A DNA stretch of 64,000 bases from Candidatus Obscuribacterales bacterium (lineage in GTDB: Bacteria > Cyanobacteriota > Vampirovibrionia > Obscuribacterales > Obscuribacteraceae), in assembly GCA_965228855.1 (NCBI GenBank), contig CBDDIJ010000002.1:2464001-2528000 (forward strand), read 5' to 3'. Both the position numbers and the translations under genes were made by a program. Positions 20,423-29,338 of the stretch are shown one piece after another. The notes below the pieces were generated by a model that worked only from the letters and a program-made list of their open reading frames with translations, was not told where the DNA came from and ran no database searches. Within the stretch, counting starts at the first letter, position 1; the number at the start of each line of letters is the position of its first letter.

Positions 20423-20615
20423 CACTGCATGTGTCGCTCCTGGTAAGGTGGCAAAGGTTGAACTCGAAAAGACCAAACGGAACAGATATTTTGCGCAGTT
20501 AAAATGCAAGAACGGCAAACAGAAGTAGCTCATTCTGTCTTTTCTTAACTGTGCCAAACGCGAGTTCTGCGACTTCGCTGTAAGATTAGAATCGTTGCTT
20601 CAGGTCTATTGAAAC

Positions 20616-21107
20616 ATGAGTAAGAAAAAAACAGGCAATATCAACACTGGCACCAGTCCGACCAGCACGGTTGCTGAAATAATCGCCCTCTTTGACCGGG
20701 GCGAAGTTGAGACTGCTAAAAATATGTTGGAAGCTGCATATGCGAAAGATCCGAAGGATGAAGATTTTTTGGCTGTCGTAGCGCATTTGCAGAAAACATA
20801 TCTTGGTGAAAGCGGCGGTGCGCCTGCAAAGAGTCTTCTTCGCGATGCGCTTCTACAGAGAAGCTCTGATTCAAACGTAAAAATCGTAAGTACGCTCATG
20901 AGATTGCTAGCCCTTTCGGGGCGGGACAAAGAAGCAATTCAACTGCAAGAAAATCAGTTGAAACTTCTCGAAGATCAGTCCGCATTTTTAAGAGAGGTGG
21001 CCCGCGCGAAGCTCAAGGATACGGACGAAACTGGGAGCCTGGTAGGTCGTAAGGAACCCTGCCCATGCGGGAGCGGAAAGAAATTCAAAAGGTGTTGCGC
21101 GAAATAG
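20616..21107 (+). CDS. SEC-C motif (Zn-binding) protein with TPR-like helices
   Basis: C-terminal GRKEPCPCGSGKKFKRCC. Confidence 0.85.
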   Translation: MSKKKTGNINTGTSPTSTVAEIIALFDRGEVETAKNMLEAAYAKDPKDEDFLAVVAHLQKTYLGESGGAPAKSLLRDALLQRSSDSNVKIVSTLMRLLALSGRDKEAIQLQENQLKLLEDQSAFLREVARAKLKDTDETGSLVGRKEPCPCGSGKKFKRCCAK

Positions 21108-21462
21108 TCTTTTGCGCGAAAAGTAATTTTCGGATTTCGGGAACTTTTTTGAGGTTCTCTTGTCTCGTAAGCAACAATCGGATGGGAACGAAATTTTCGC
21201 TATTTCTTTCGTGTGCCAGTAGTTGAAGCCGAATAGCGTCAGGCTATTGGACCATCCAGTCGTCTAGGCTAACTAGATATTCAAACGAGCTTTTGTCTTC
21301 TCTGTATTGAGCAGTCGCTGACTCGTTTGCAAACAACCGCAATCCTGGATTCGTCCGGATTGCGGTTTGCTATGTTTCGGTCGGTAGGGAACCGCACACT
21401 CATCGATTTCGCGGCGAAGATGGCATTCACGATTATTGATGCCATCTTTCGCGATTGTTTGA

Positions 21463-21825
21463 TTATCGTTCTTTCCATCCAAAGTCGAAACCTACCGGCG
21501 CGACAATGTAATAGTCTCGTCGATATTTAATTACATCGCCTACTGATGTGCTGCGTTGCTCTCCGCTCCACTCATCGTTTTTGTGATTCGTCACATAGAA
21601 TATGCGTTCCAGTTCTTCTTCGATTTCTTCCAGCGGAAATTCCGGGCGTTTGAAGATGCCAACCGATTTATAGTCACCGTTTCTAAATCCCTCTCGAATG
21701 GTTGCTATATCGACGTCGGGTCGTCCGTAGCGAAGATATTTCCAAAAGCTCTCATCGACAGAATGGAACAACTCAAATGTCACCTGTTTTGTTTTGGTTT
21801 TTAGCACAGCATGAAGTTTACTCAT
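21463..21825 (-). CDS. YodL-like domain protein
   Basis: AAGGAGG RBS; LERIFYVTN...RSTSVGDVI...YYIVAPVGF fits the YodL-like pattern (LE.IF..N...S.SV.DV...Y.V...GF). Confidence 0.7.
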   Translation of the reverse strand: MSKLHAVLKTKTKQVTFELFHSVDESFWKYLRYGRPDVDIATIREGFRNGDYKSVGIFKRPEFPLEEIEEELERIFYVTNHKNDEWSGEQRSTSVGDVIKYRRDYYIVAPVGFDFGWKER

Positions 21826-21863
21826 CGCCGCCTCCTTGAAACGTGTAGATGGGTCTAAATTGA

Positions 21864-21890
21864 ATTACGGAAATTCGGAGCAAAAAGTTC
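21864..21890 (-). promoter_or_regulatory. Putative ECF-sigma promoter for the YodL-like gene
   Basis: Minus strand GAACTT-N16-GTAAT (CGTAA -10), about 40 nt upstream of ATG 21825; same TTGAACTTTTT block as at 13816-13826. Confidence 0.4.
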
Positions 21891-22078
21891 AAATTTCTGA
21901 GCAAGTTTAATCTTCAATTTTGCTATGCTACGAACTCGCTAGCTGTGCAGGTATTCGATCTGTAAATGCGTGCAGCTGGTTTCGAAAGCAAACTGTTATT
22001 CTGTTTGTATGAAACGCGTCGTGCTTGAGAAGCGTTGAAACAGTTTTAGTTGCAGTTTGCGGCATTTTAGGAGCAGAG

Positions 22079-22555
22079 ATGAGTTTGCAAGACACTACGG
22101 GTATGACTAAATTGATGCTGGATGACCTGCATGTCGGGCAGATCTTCCGGAGCGAATCTTACGTAATGGATGTTGATAAGATCAAAGCATTTGCTTTCGA
22201 GTTCGACCCGCAGCCTTTCCACACAGATGAAGCTGCTGCTGCTGGAACGTTTTTCGGAGAGCTTGTAGCGAGTGGATGGCACACAGCCGGCGTCACCATG
22301 CGGCTGCTGGTGGCGAGTCTGCCGATCTCCGGTGGCTTGATTGGTGCTGGTGCGGAGATTTCCTGGACTCGGCCTACCAGACCTGGTGATGAACTCTATG
22401 TAGAAAGCGAGATTATCGAGATTCGACCGTCAGCGAAAAATCCGGCGCGTGGAATGGTCACCGTGCGTAGTATCACAAAAAATCAGGACGGCAAAACTGT
22501 GCAGTCGATCACTTCGCGAATGGTTGTGCCAAGGCGAGTACCTGACTCTGTATGA
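22079..22555 (+). CDS. MaoC-family dehydratase
   Basis: FDPQPFHTDE, ASGWHT, RPGDEL. Confidence 0.92.
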   Translation: MSLQDTTGMTKLMLDDLHVGQIFRSESYVMDVDKIKAFAFEFDPQPFHTDEAAAAGTFFGELVASGWHTAGVTMRLLVASLPISGGLIGAGAEISWTRPTRPGDELYVESEIIEIRPSAKNPARGMVTVRSITKNQDGKTVQSITSRMVVPRRVPDSV

Positions 22556-22626
22556 CAATAGTCATGGTGTTTAGTGCTGGCTTTATAGATCAGCTAAAGT
22601 AAAATCGTTTCATTAGGCGGTGTCAA

Positions 22627-23127
22627 ATGTCAGATTCAACGTCCATTATTAAGAGATATGAGCGGACTTCGGAAACGAAACTGATTGAACTTTCTGCAAA
22701 AAAGCCCTACGAGCAGGTTCTGATCGACTTCGAGAAGCAGCTTGGGCGCTTCGATCAGGAGGCGGCCATGAAATCTTCGGACTTGGAATCGGCGATCCAG
22801 AGCATGACTGGTGAACTTGGTTTGATGATTATTCATGTCCTGGAGATGAGTGCACTCCTGCCGTCGTTGGCATCTGCTGAAACTTGTGCGCGCCAATATC
22901 TAATTGGTAATCCGCTGATCGCAAGCCAGATGGCGAAGTTTGATCCACGCGCTGCACTATTCGCTCCGCCGCGCGTCTTGATTCATTCTAATGGCGACGA
23001 TACCCATATCACTTTTGAAAAACCGTCCACGACATTTGGTCGTCTGTTTAATCCTCTGATCGATGAAACCGCAGTCATGCTCGACGATAAATTTGAAACT
23101 CTGGTTCAAAAGGCCCTTAGTCCGTGA
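22627..23127 (+). CDS. DUF302 domain protein
   Basis: YLIGNPLIASQM...AALFAPPRVLI...FEKPS pattern. Confidence 0.78.
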   Translation: MSDSTSIIKRYERTSETKLIELSAKKPYEQVLIDFEKQLGRFDQEAAMKSSDLESAIQSMTGELGLMIIHVLEMSALLPSLASAETCARQYLIGNPLIASQMAKFDPRAALFAPPRVLIHSNGDDTHITFEKPSTTFGRLFNPLIDETAVMLDDKFETLVQKALSP

Positions 23128-23236
23128 ATTCCGAAAGCCTTTATAAAGCTTGCTATCCTGTTTTCTTCGCGACCCATTGGAATTTTGCAACAATTGCGAT
23201 ATGCTCGCCGACATAATTTCCAATGCAGGCAGGGGC

Positions 23237-23788
23237 ATGATACTTCCAATTGTTCAGACCGGCGATCCGGTACTGCGGGCGGTGGCTCGAGCGTTAACTC
23301 CTCAAGAGATCCAGTCGACCAAAATCAAAGAGCTTATTGAGAATATGCGCGAAACAATGCGCACCGCTCCGGGCGTAGGTTTAGCGGCGCCGCAAATCGG
23401 TGAGTCTATTCAACTGGTTGTGATCGAGGATGAAGCGACTGAGGAGAAAACACGTTTGTCTGCCGAGGAACTGTCGAAACGAGAGCGCAAGCCGATTCCT
23501 TTTCACGTGCTCATAAATCCTAAGTTTACCGCGATTGGTGATGAACGCGTGACGTTTTTCGAGGGCTGCTTGAGCGTAGATGGATTTGCTGCGATGACCT
23601 CGCGATTTCGGCAGGTTTCCGTATCAGCGCTCAACGAGCGTGGCGACGAGATTCGCATTGACGCGACGGGCTGGTATGCGCGCATTATGCAGCATGAGAT
23701 CGATCACCTCAATGGAACTATCTATATTGATCGAATGGATTCGAAAACCTTTTCTACAGTTGCGAATAAGGCTAAGTATTGGGATTAA
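23237..23788 (+). CDS. def: Peptide deformylase
   Basis: GDPVLR, GVGLAAPQ, EGCLS, QHEIDHLNG. Confidence 0.96.
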   Translation: MILPIVQTGDPVLRAVARALTPQEIQSTKIKELIENMRETMRTAPGVGLAAPQIGESIQLVVIEDEATEEKTRLSAEELSKRERKPIPFHVLINPKFTAIGDERVTFFEGCLSVDGFAAMTSRFRQVSVSALNERGDEIRIDATGWYARIMQHEIDHLNGTIYIDRMDSKTFSTVANKAKYWD

Positions 23789-23889
23789 AATCAAATTGAG
23801 TTATTCTAAAAGATCGAGAATGTTTCAGCCAGGCGCAATGCCTTGGCGTGGATTTCGACAAATGGCGTGAATACGCCGGAGGAGCTTGC

Positions 23890-24783
23890 ATGGCAGCATT
23901 ACCGCTTGGTGGCACTTTTACATTTGCCGGCACGAATCTGACGGTCAATCGAATGGGCTACGGCGCCATGCAGCTCTCCGGTCCGGGGATATTCGGACCG
24001 CCTAAAGATTTAGAGCAGGCTCGGGCGGTTTTGCGCGAAGCGCTTGAAGCGGGTATCAATCATATAGATACTAGCGATTTCTATGGACCGCATGTGACAA
24101 ATCAGCTAATCTGCCAGACTTTGCATCCCTATCCTGACCGGCTGGTGCTTGTCACCAAATTCGGTGCCAAGCGTGGTGACGACGCTTCGTGGATTTTCGC
24201 GAGGAGCAAGGAGGAGCTTTTTGCCGCCGCTCACGACAATCTTCGCAATCTCAAACTTGAGGCGCTCGAAATTGTGAATTTGCGGGTTGGTGATTTCATG
24301 ACCGCTAATGAGGATCCGATTGAAGAACCTCTTAGCGCCATGATCGAACTGAAGAAACAAGGGCTGGTCAAGCATATTGGTTTAAGCACGGTTAGCCCGA
24401 AGCAGTTTGAAATCGCATCCAAAATGACAGACATCGTTTGCGTACAAAATATGTACAACTTAGTGAGCCGAGCCGATGATGCTTTCATTGATGAGCTGGC
24501 GGCAAAAGGCGTAGCTTACGTGCCTTACTTCCCGCTGGGAGGCTTTGAACCATTGCAGCTTGACGCTCTTAACCAGGTCGCCGCAAAGGTCGGTGCGACG
24601 CCGATGCAAGTTGCGCTTGCCTGGTTGCTGCGCCGTTCTCCAAACATTTTGCTTATTCCGGGGACGAGCTCCGTGGGGCATCTTAAAGAGAACATTTCGG
24701 CCGCCTCATTGGAACTTTCGGACGAGGTTATGGCTGATCTCAACGCTATAGGGGCGGCAAGCGCTGCGGGCGCTACTGCTTGA
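23890..24783 (+). CDS. Aldo/keto reductase (YdbC-like)
   Basis: RMGYGAMQL, IDTSDFYGP, PYFPLG, IPGTSS; GGAGG RBS. Confidence 0.92.
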   Translation: MAALPLGGTFTFAGTNLTVNRMGYGAMQLSGPGIFGPPKDLEQARAVLREALEAGINHIDTSDFYGPHVTNQLICQTLHPYPDRLVLVTKFGAKRGDDASWIFARSKEELFAAAHDNLRNLKLEALEIVNLRVGDFMTANEDPIEEPLSAMIELKKQGLVKHIGLSTVSPKQFEIASKMTDIVCVQNMYNLVSRADDAFIDELAAKGVAYVPYFPLGGFEPLQLDALNQVAAKVGATPMQVALAWLLRRSPNILLIPGTSSVGHLKENISAASLELSDEVMADLNAIGAASAAGATA

Positions 24784-24810
24784 GCTCTTGAAACCAATTC
24801 TGCGGGCCGG

Positions 24811-24850
24811 TTGACACCTGTAATTAATGAGTGTACACTCACTCATTAAT
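24811..24850 (+). promoter_or_regulatory. sigma70 promoter overlapped by a TetR-type operator
   Basis: TTGACA (24811-16)-N17-TACACT (24834-39); perfect 11-bp inverted repeat ATTAATGAGTG-N6-CACTCATTAAT (24823-24850) around the -10; GGAGG at 24851. Confidence 0.85.
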
Positions 24851-24859
24851 GGAGGACTA

Positions 24860-25450
24860 ATGGCTCGACCCAAGAGCGAGGAAAAGCGCAACACTTTATT
24901 GTCGGTAGCCGCGCAGGTATTCGCGAAAAATGGACTCTCCGCTTCGACCGCTTCGATAACAAGCGCGGCGGGCATGGCAGAGGGGACGTTGTTCAACTAC
25001 TTCAAAGGCAAAGACGATTTGATGAACACGCTGTACGTCGAGATCAAAAATGATCTCGCGTCGACCATGCTCTGTGGCAACCCGAAAACTGACTCTCCCA
25101 AAGATGTAATGCATCATATCTGGTGCAATTATGTTGCCTGGGGTGCCAGAAATCCCGACCGATTAGCCGTTTTGCACAAGCTAAAGGTTTGGGAGGGGCT
25201 GAAACCTGACATACCGGAAAGCACCACCGCGTGTTTCGACGAACTTCAAAAGATGGTCAACAACGCCATCGCCTGTGGTGCGTTGCGGGATGTGCCGTAT
25301 GAGTTCATGCTTGCCATTTTTGCTTCCAACGCCGAGACTGTAATGCACTACATCAAGCAAGATCCGGACCGGGCAGATTTCTACACGGAGCAAGGGTTCC
25401 AACTGTTTTGGAGCGGAATTGCAGGTGATCTGCATAGCAGTGAGAAATAG
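24860..25450 (+). CDS. TetR/AcrR-family transcriptional regulator
   Basis: MARPKSEEKR...AAGMAEGTLFNYFKGKDDL HTH; GGAGG RBS. Confidence 0.95.
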   Translation: MARPKSEEKRNTLLSVAAQVFAKNGLSASTASITSAAGMAEGTLFNYFKGKDDLMNTLYVEIKNDLASTMLCGNPKTDSPKDVMHHIWCNYVAWGARNPDRLAVLHKLKVWEGLKPDIPESTTACFDELQKMVNNAIACGALRDVPYEFMLAIFASNAETVMHYIKQDPDRADFYTEQGFQLFWSGIAGDLHSSEK

Positions 25451-25610
25451 TATTAATCGCGTTTGATGGAAACTGACAACGCTTTCGACTGAATAAACTG
25501 GATAACACACGAAATCAGGTTGCAAACTGTGACTGAGCGATGTGCGTTGGCTTCGCATTTGGTATCAAACCAAATCGCGTGGCTGCGCTTTGGAACAAAG
25601 GAGTTCAAAA

Positions 25611-26681
25611 ATGAAATACAAAACCCTGGGCGACACTGGTCTCTTAGTGTCCACGCTTTGCTTCGGTGCGATGACCTTTCATGGTGGTCGAGGACTGTTC
25701 GCAATGATGGGTGGTACGCAACAGGACGAGGCTGATGAACTCGTCAAGAAATGCATCGATGGTGGTATCAATTTCTTCGATACGGCCGACATATATTCGG
25801 AGGGCGGAAGCGAAGAGATGCTTGGGCAGTCCTTTCGCAATTTAGGAATTCAGCGGAAGGATGTGGTGATTGCCACCAAATGTGTCGGTCGAATGGGACC
25901 GCGCCACAACGATATCGGTGCTTCACGCAAGCACATAATCGAGGCTGTTGATGAGAGTTTGCATCGATTGCAGACTGATTATATCGATCTCTATCAACTG
26001 CACGGATCTGATTCGGTGACACCTCTGGAAGAGCAGCTTCGCGCTCTCGACACGCTTGTCCAACAGGGCAAGGTCCGTTACATAGGCTGTTCGAACTGGG
26101 CTGCCTGGAAATTGCAGCGAGCTCTCGATATTTCCGAATTCAAAAATCTTGCTCACTTCAATACTTTACAGGCGTATTACTCGATTGCAGGTCGCGATTT
26201 AGAGCGAGAACTGATTCCTTTAATGGAGAACTCGAAAACAGGATTGCTGGTTTGGAGCCCGCTTGCCGGCGGTTTGCTATCAGGTAAATTTGATCGCAAT
26301 AATCAAAAACCCGAAGATAGTCGTCGGTCCCAATTTGATTTTCCTCTAGTCGATAAAGAGCGGGCTTGGAATATCATCGATACGATGAAACCTATCGCGG
26401 AGGCGCATGACTCCACAGTTGCGAAGGTTGCGCTGGCTTGGTTGCTCTCGAAGCCTGTCGTCACTTCGGTCATCATTGGTGCCAAGAATATGAAGCAACT
26501 CGAGGACAACATCGGTGCAGTAGACCTGAATTTAACTGATGATGACCTGAAGAAGCTGGATGCCGTGAGCGCATTGCCGCCAGAGTATCCAGGCTGGATG
26601 ATTCCGTTTCAAAACATGGATCGACTTGATCCTAACTTCGATCGGTGGGCCGCTCTGCAGGAGCATGCCGCAGTTAAATAG
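25611..26681 (+). CDS. Aldo/keto reductase
   Basis: GINFFDTADIY, YIDLYQLH, WSPLAGG; AAGGAG RBS. Confidence 0.95.
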   Translation: MKYKTLGDTGLLVSTLCFGAMTFHGGRGLFAMMGGTQQDEADELVKKCIDGGINFFDTADIYSEGGSEEMLGQSFRNLGIQRKDVVIATKCVGRMGPRHNDIGASRKHIIEAVDESLHRLQTDYIDLYQLHGSDSVTPLEEQLRALDTLVQQGKVRYIGCSNWAAWKLQRALDISEFKNLAHFNTLQAYYSIAGRDLERELIPLMENSKTGLLVWSPLAGGLLSGKFDRNNQKPEDSRRSQFDFPLVDKERAWNIIDTMKPIAEAHDSTVAKVALAWLLSKPVVTSVIIGAKNMKQLEDNIGAVDLNLTDDDLKKLDAVSALPPEYPGWMIPFQNMDRLDPNFDRWAALQEHAAVK

Positions 26682-26799
26682 TTGTATGCGGTTTCAATCG
26701 AAATGGATTTTTCAATCGAATGAGACCGCAGATATTCTGCAACGCATTAAAAGTTTCGCCGCGGCAAAGTAAGAGGGGCAACCTTACTTAATCGCACGA

Positions 26800-26856
26800 A
26801 CGGACAGACGTCGGGAGTCTTGCGGCTCCCGGCGTTTGTTTGTCTGTCAGTTTTTT
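26800..26856 (+). terminator. Long hairpin terminator between the convergent AKR and SDR genes
   Basis: 20-bp stem ACGGACAGACGTCGGGAGTC-TTGC-GGCTCCCGGCGTTTGTTTGT with 5 G.U pairs; T-run at 26851-56. Confidence 0.65.
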
Positions 26857-26861
26857 CGTGA

Positions 26862-27593
26862 TTAAACTTGTGCAAAACCGCCGTCGACACAAAGGTCGAT
26901 TCCGGTGACATAACTAGAGTCGCTTGATGCCAGGAAGAGCGCGACCGTCGCAATCTCTTCGGATTTACCTATTCGACCCATCGGGACGAGCTTCTTAAAC
27001 TCGGCCTTCATCTCATCCGAAATGCCGTCCATAGCTGCCGTATCAATAGGACCCGGGCTTAGCAAGTTTACGCGAATTTTGCGTTCCTTCAAGTCATTGG
27101 TCCAGGATCTCGCGAATGAACGCAGTGCCGCCTTGCTTGCATTGTACACGCTGAACGCAGGCATTCCCTTGAGGTGTGCGACGGAGCCATTCATGATAAT
27201 CGAGGCACCATCAGGCATTAGTGGAAGTGCCTTCTGGACGGTGAAGAGCGTTCCTCGTACATTCAAGTTGAAGGTTTTGTCGAAGTGTTCTTCGGTGATG
27301 CTTCCGAGGGCTTGGAATTCACCAAGTCCAGCGCTGGCGAAGAGAACATCGATCTTTCCCTTTTCCGCTTTGATTGTTTCGAAAAGTTTGTCGAGATCCG
27401 CTAGATTAGCCGCATCTCCCTGAATTCCTTTGACGTTCTTTCCGATCGCTTTGACGGCATCGTCAAGGTTGCTCTGCCTGCGTCCAGTGATGTAAACATA
27501 CGCGCCTTCCTCTACAAAAAGCTTAGCGGTTGCGAGCGCCATGCCTGAGGTCGCTCCTGTGATGACGGCAACTTTGCCTTCGAGTTTTCCCAT
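26862..27593 (-). CDS. Short-chain dehydrogenase/reductase
   Basis: [13 protein letters not shown] (YxxxK), [15 protein letters not shown]. Confidence 0.95.
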   Translation of the reverse strand: MGKLEGKVAVITGATSGMALATAKLFVEEGAYVYITGRRQSNLDDAVKAIGKNVKGIQGDAANLADLDKLFETIKAEKGKIDVLFASAGLGEFQALGSITEEHFDKTFNLNVRGTLFTVQKALPLMPDGASIIMNGSVAHLKGMPAFSVYNASKAALRSFARSWTNDLKERKIRVNLLSPGPIDTAAMDGISDEMKAEFKKLVPMGRIGKSEEIATVALFLASSDSSYVTGIDLCVDGGFAQV

Positions 27594-27832
27594 TGGTGTA
27601 AACACTCTCCATTGTTTAGTCTGTATATCGAGCCTTAAAAGTACGCGCGCAGTTTACTGGTGAGTAAGAATCTCACCAGGCGGGGCGTTGACGCTGTTTG
27701 CAGCGCCGAAGCGCGGTCTTTGGAGAATAATAGACCGGTCGACTAGTTTCGTCAATACCTCATGTATGCTCTGTTTAGCAAACGTTCGTTATATAGGCTT
27801 CGTCTATCAGACCTTTGATATGGGGGCTTTCT

Positions 27833-29230
27833 TCAGCAAACGTTCGATTCACCCAGGATATATGTCCGTTTTCGATCGGTTTTAGCTAGGATTCCGATCG
27901 CCTCCTTAATATCTTCCATCAATATATCTGCGAGGTCCCGGGTGAAACTTTCTCGGACCACTATGCGAAGCACGGCGATGGATTCGGCTGCCGGCGGCAT
28001 GGTGTATGCCGGTACAATCCAGCCACGGGTGCGAAGCAGATGCGAAATGTCGAATACGTCACATTCACTGGTATCTTTCAGTTTAGCCACCACAATTGGT
28101 ATCGTGTTTTGCTTGCTGACGATCTCAAACTTGCCCGTTTTTTCCATTTCGCTGGAGAGATAACGCGCGTTTTCCAGAAGGTTGTCCATGATGTTACGGT
28201 AACCTTCTTTGCCGAGTCGAATGAAATTGTAATACTGGGCAATGACGTTGCTTGCACCCTGTGAGAAGTTGAGTGTGAATGTCGACATCTTTCCGCCGAG
28301 GTAGTTGATATCGAATACCAGCTCTTCCGGCAAATCTTCTTGATCGCGCCAGATTGCCCAACCCAAGCCCGGATACACCAGACCGAATTTATGACCGGAT
28401 GTATTGATGGAGCGAACTTGCTCCAGTCTGAAATCCCACTTCAAGCTTGGTCGAGTGAATGGTATCACAAAGCCACCACTGGCTGCATCAACGTGAATCG
28501 GTATGTCCAGACCCTTTTTCTTTTTGACTTGCAGAAGTTTTGAGTTGATTTCTTCTATCGGATCGAGTTCTCCAGTGAAGGTTTGACCGAGAATTGGCGC
28601 AACAAGAATGGTGTTTTCATCAACCGCTTCGGCGACTTGATCGGGATCCAGAGTAAAACGATTCGTCGTCAGAGGGAGTATGCGCTCTTCCACGTCGAAG
28701 TATCGAGCGAATTTGTGCCAGACTACCTGAGTGTTTGCGCCCAGCACCATATTCGGTTTTTCTATATCCAGGCCTTTTTTCTTGCGCTGTTCGCGCCACT
28801 TCCACTTGTGTGAGAGACCGGCAAGCATGATAGCCTCCGATGAACCGACAGTGGATGTTCCAGTGGCGTTTTCGTTCTTCGGCGCGTGATAGAGCCGCGC
28901 CAGCATGTTAATGCAGCGACGCTCGATCTTTTGTGTTTGCGGATATTCATCCCGGTCTATCAGGTTTTTGTTGAGCGATTCGTCAATGAGTTGTTGAGCT
29001 TGTGGCTCCATCCAGGTAGTAACGAAGGAGGCTAAATTTAGCGTCGGGTTACCGTCCAGATTCAATTCATCGCGGCAGACTTGATATGCCACCTCCGGTG
29101 GCATCGAATGTGGTGGTAACTCAAACTTAGGCACTGGCCGAGAGAGATACCGTGCACTGTAGCCTGGCGAGTGATGCAAATCTTCGCTATCGGCCTCTTT
29201 CGTGTTTTCCAGATCGGCTAGATTAGGCAT
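27833..29230 (-). CDS. gadB: Glutamate decarboxylase (PLP-dependent)
   Basis: NLASFVTTWME, STVGSSEAIML, IHVDAASGG, SGHKFGLVYPG (PLP Lys), GWIVPAY; GGAGG RBS. Confidence 0.95.
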   Translation of the reverse strand: MPNLADLENTKEADSEDLHHSPGYSARYLSRPVPKFELPPHSMPPEVAYQVCRDELNLDGNPTLNLASFVTTWMEPQAQQLIDESLNKNLIDRDEYPQTQKIERRCINMLARLYHAPKNENATGTSTVGSSEAIMLAGLSHKWKWREQRKKKGLDIEKPNMVLGANTQVVWHKFARYFDVEERILPLTTNRFTLDPDQVAEAVDENTILVAPILGQTFTGELDPIEEINSKLLQVKKKKGLDIPIHVDAASGGFVIPFTRPSLKWDFRLEQVRSINTSGHKFGLVYPGLGWAIWRDQEDLPEELVFDINYLGGKMSTFTLNFSQGASNVIAQYYNFIRLGKEGYRNIMDNLLENARYLSSEMEKTGKFEIVSKQNTIPIVVAKLKDTSECDVFDISHLLRTRGWIVPAYTMPPAAESIAVLRIVVRESFTRDLADILMEDIKEAIGILAKTDRKRTYILGESNVC

Positions 29231-29338
29231 ATGTCCTCCGTTGTTTGAGTAATTACTTTACGATCGAGTTTTTGATTCCTGTTGTTGTTTTCGATTCCTC
29301 TTGAAACTTCAATTCGATTGCAGTATCGCGAGTGGTGA

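Noticed and set aside
21273..21530. Three short overlapping ORFs (65-69 aa) next to the YodL-like gene
   Set aside because: Mutually overlapping, no motifs and weak RBS; none can be supported.
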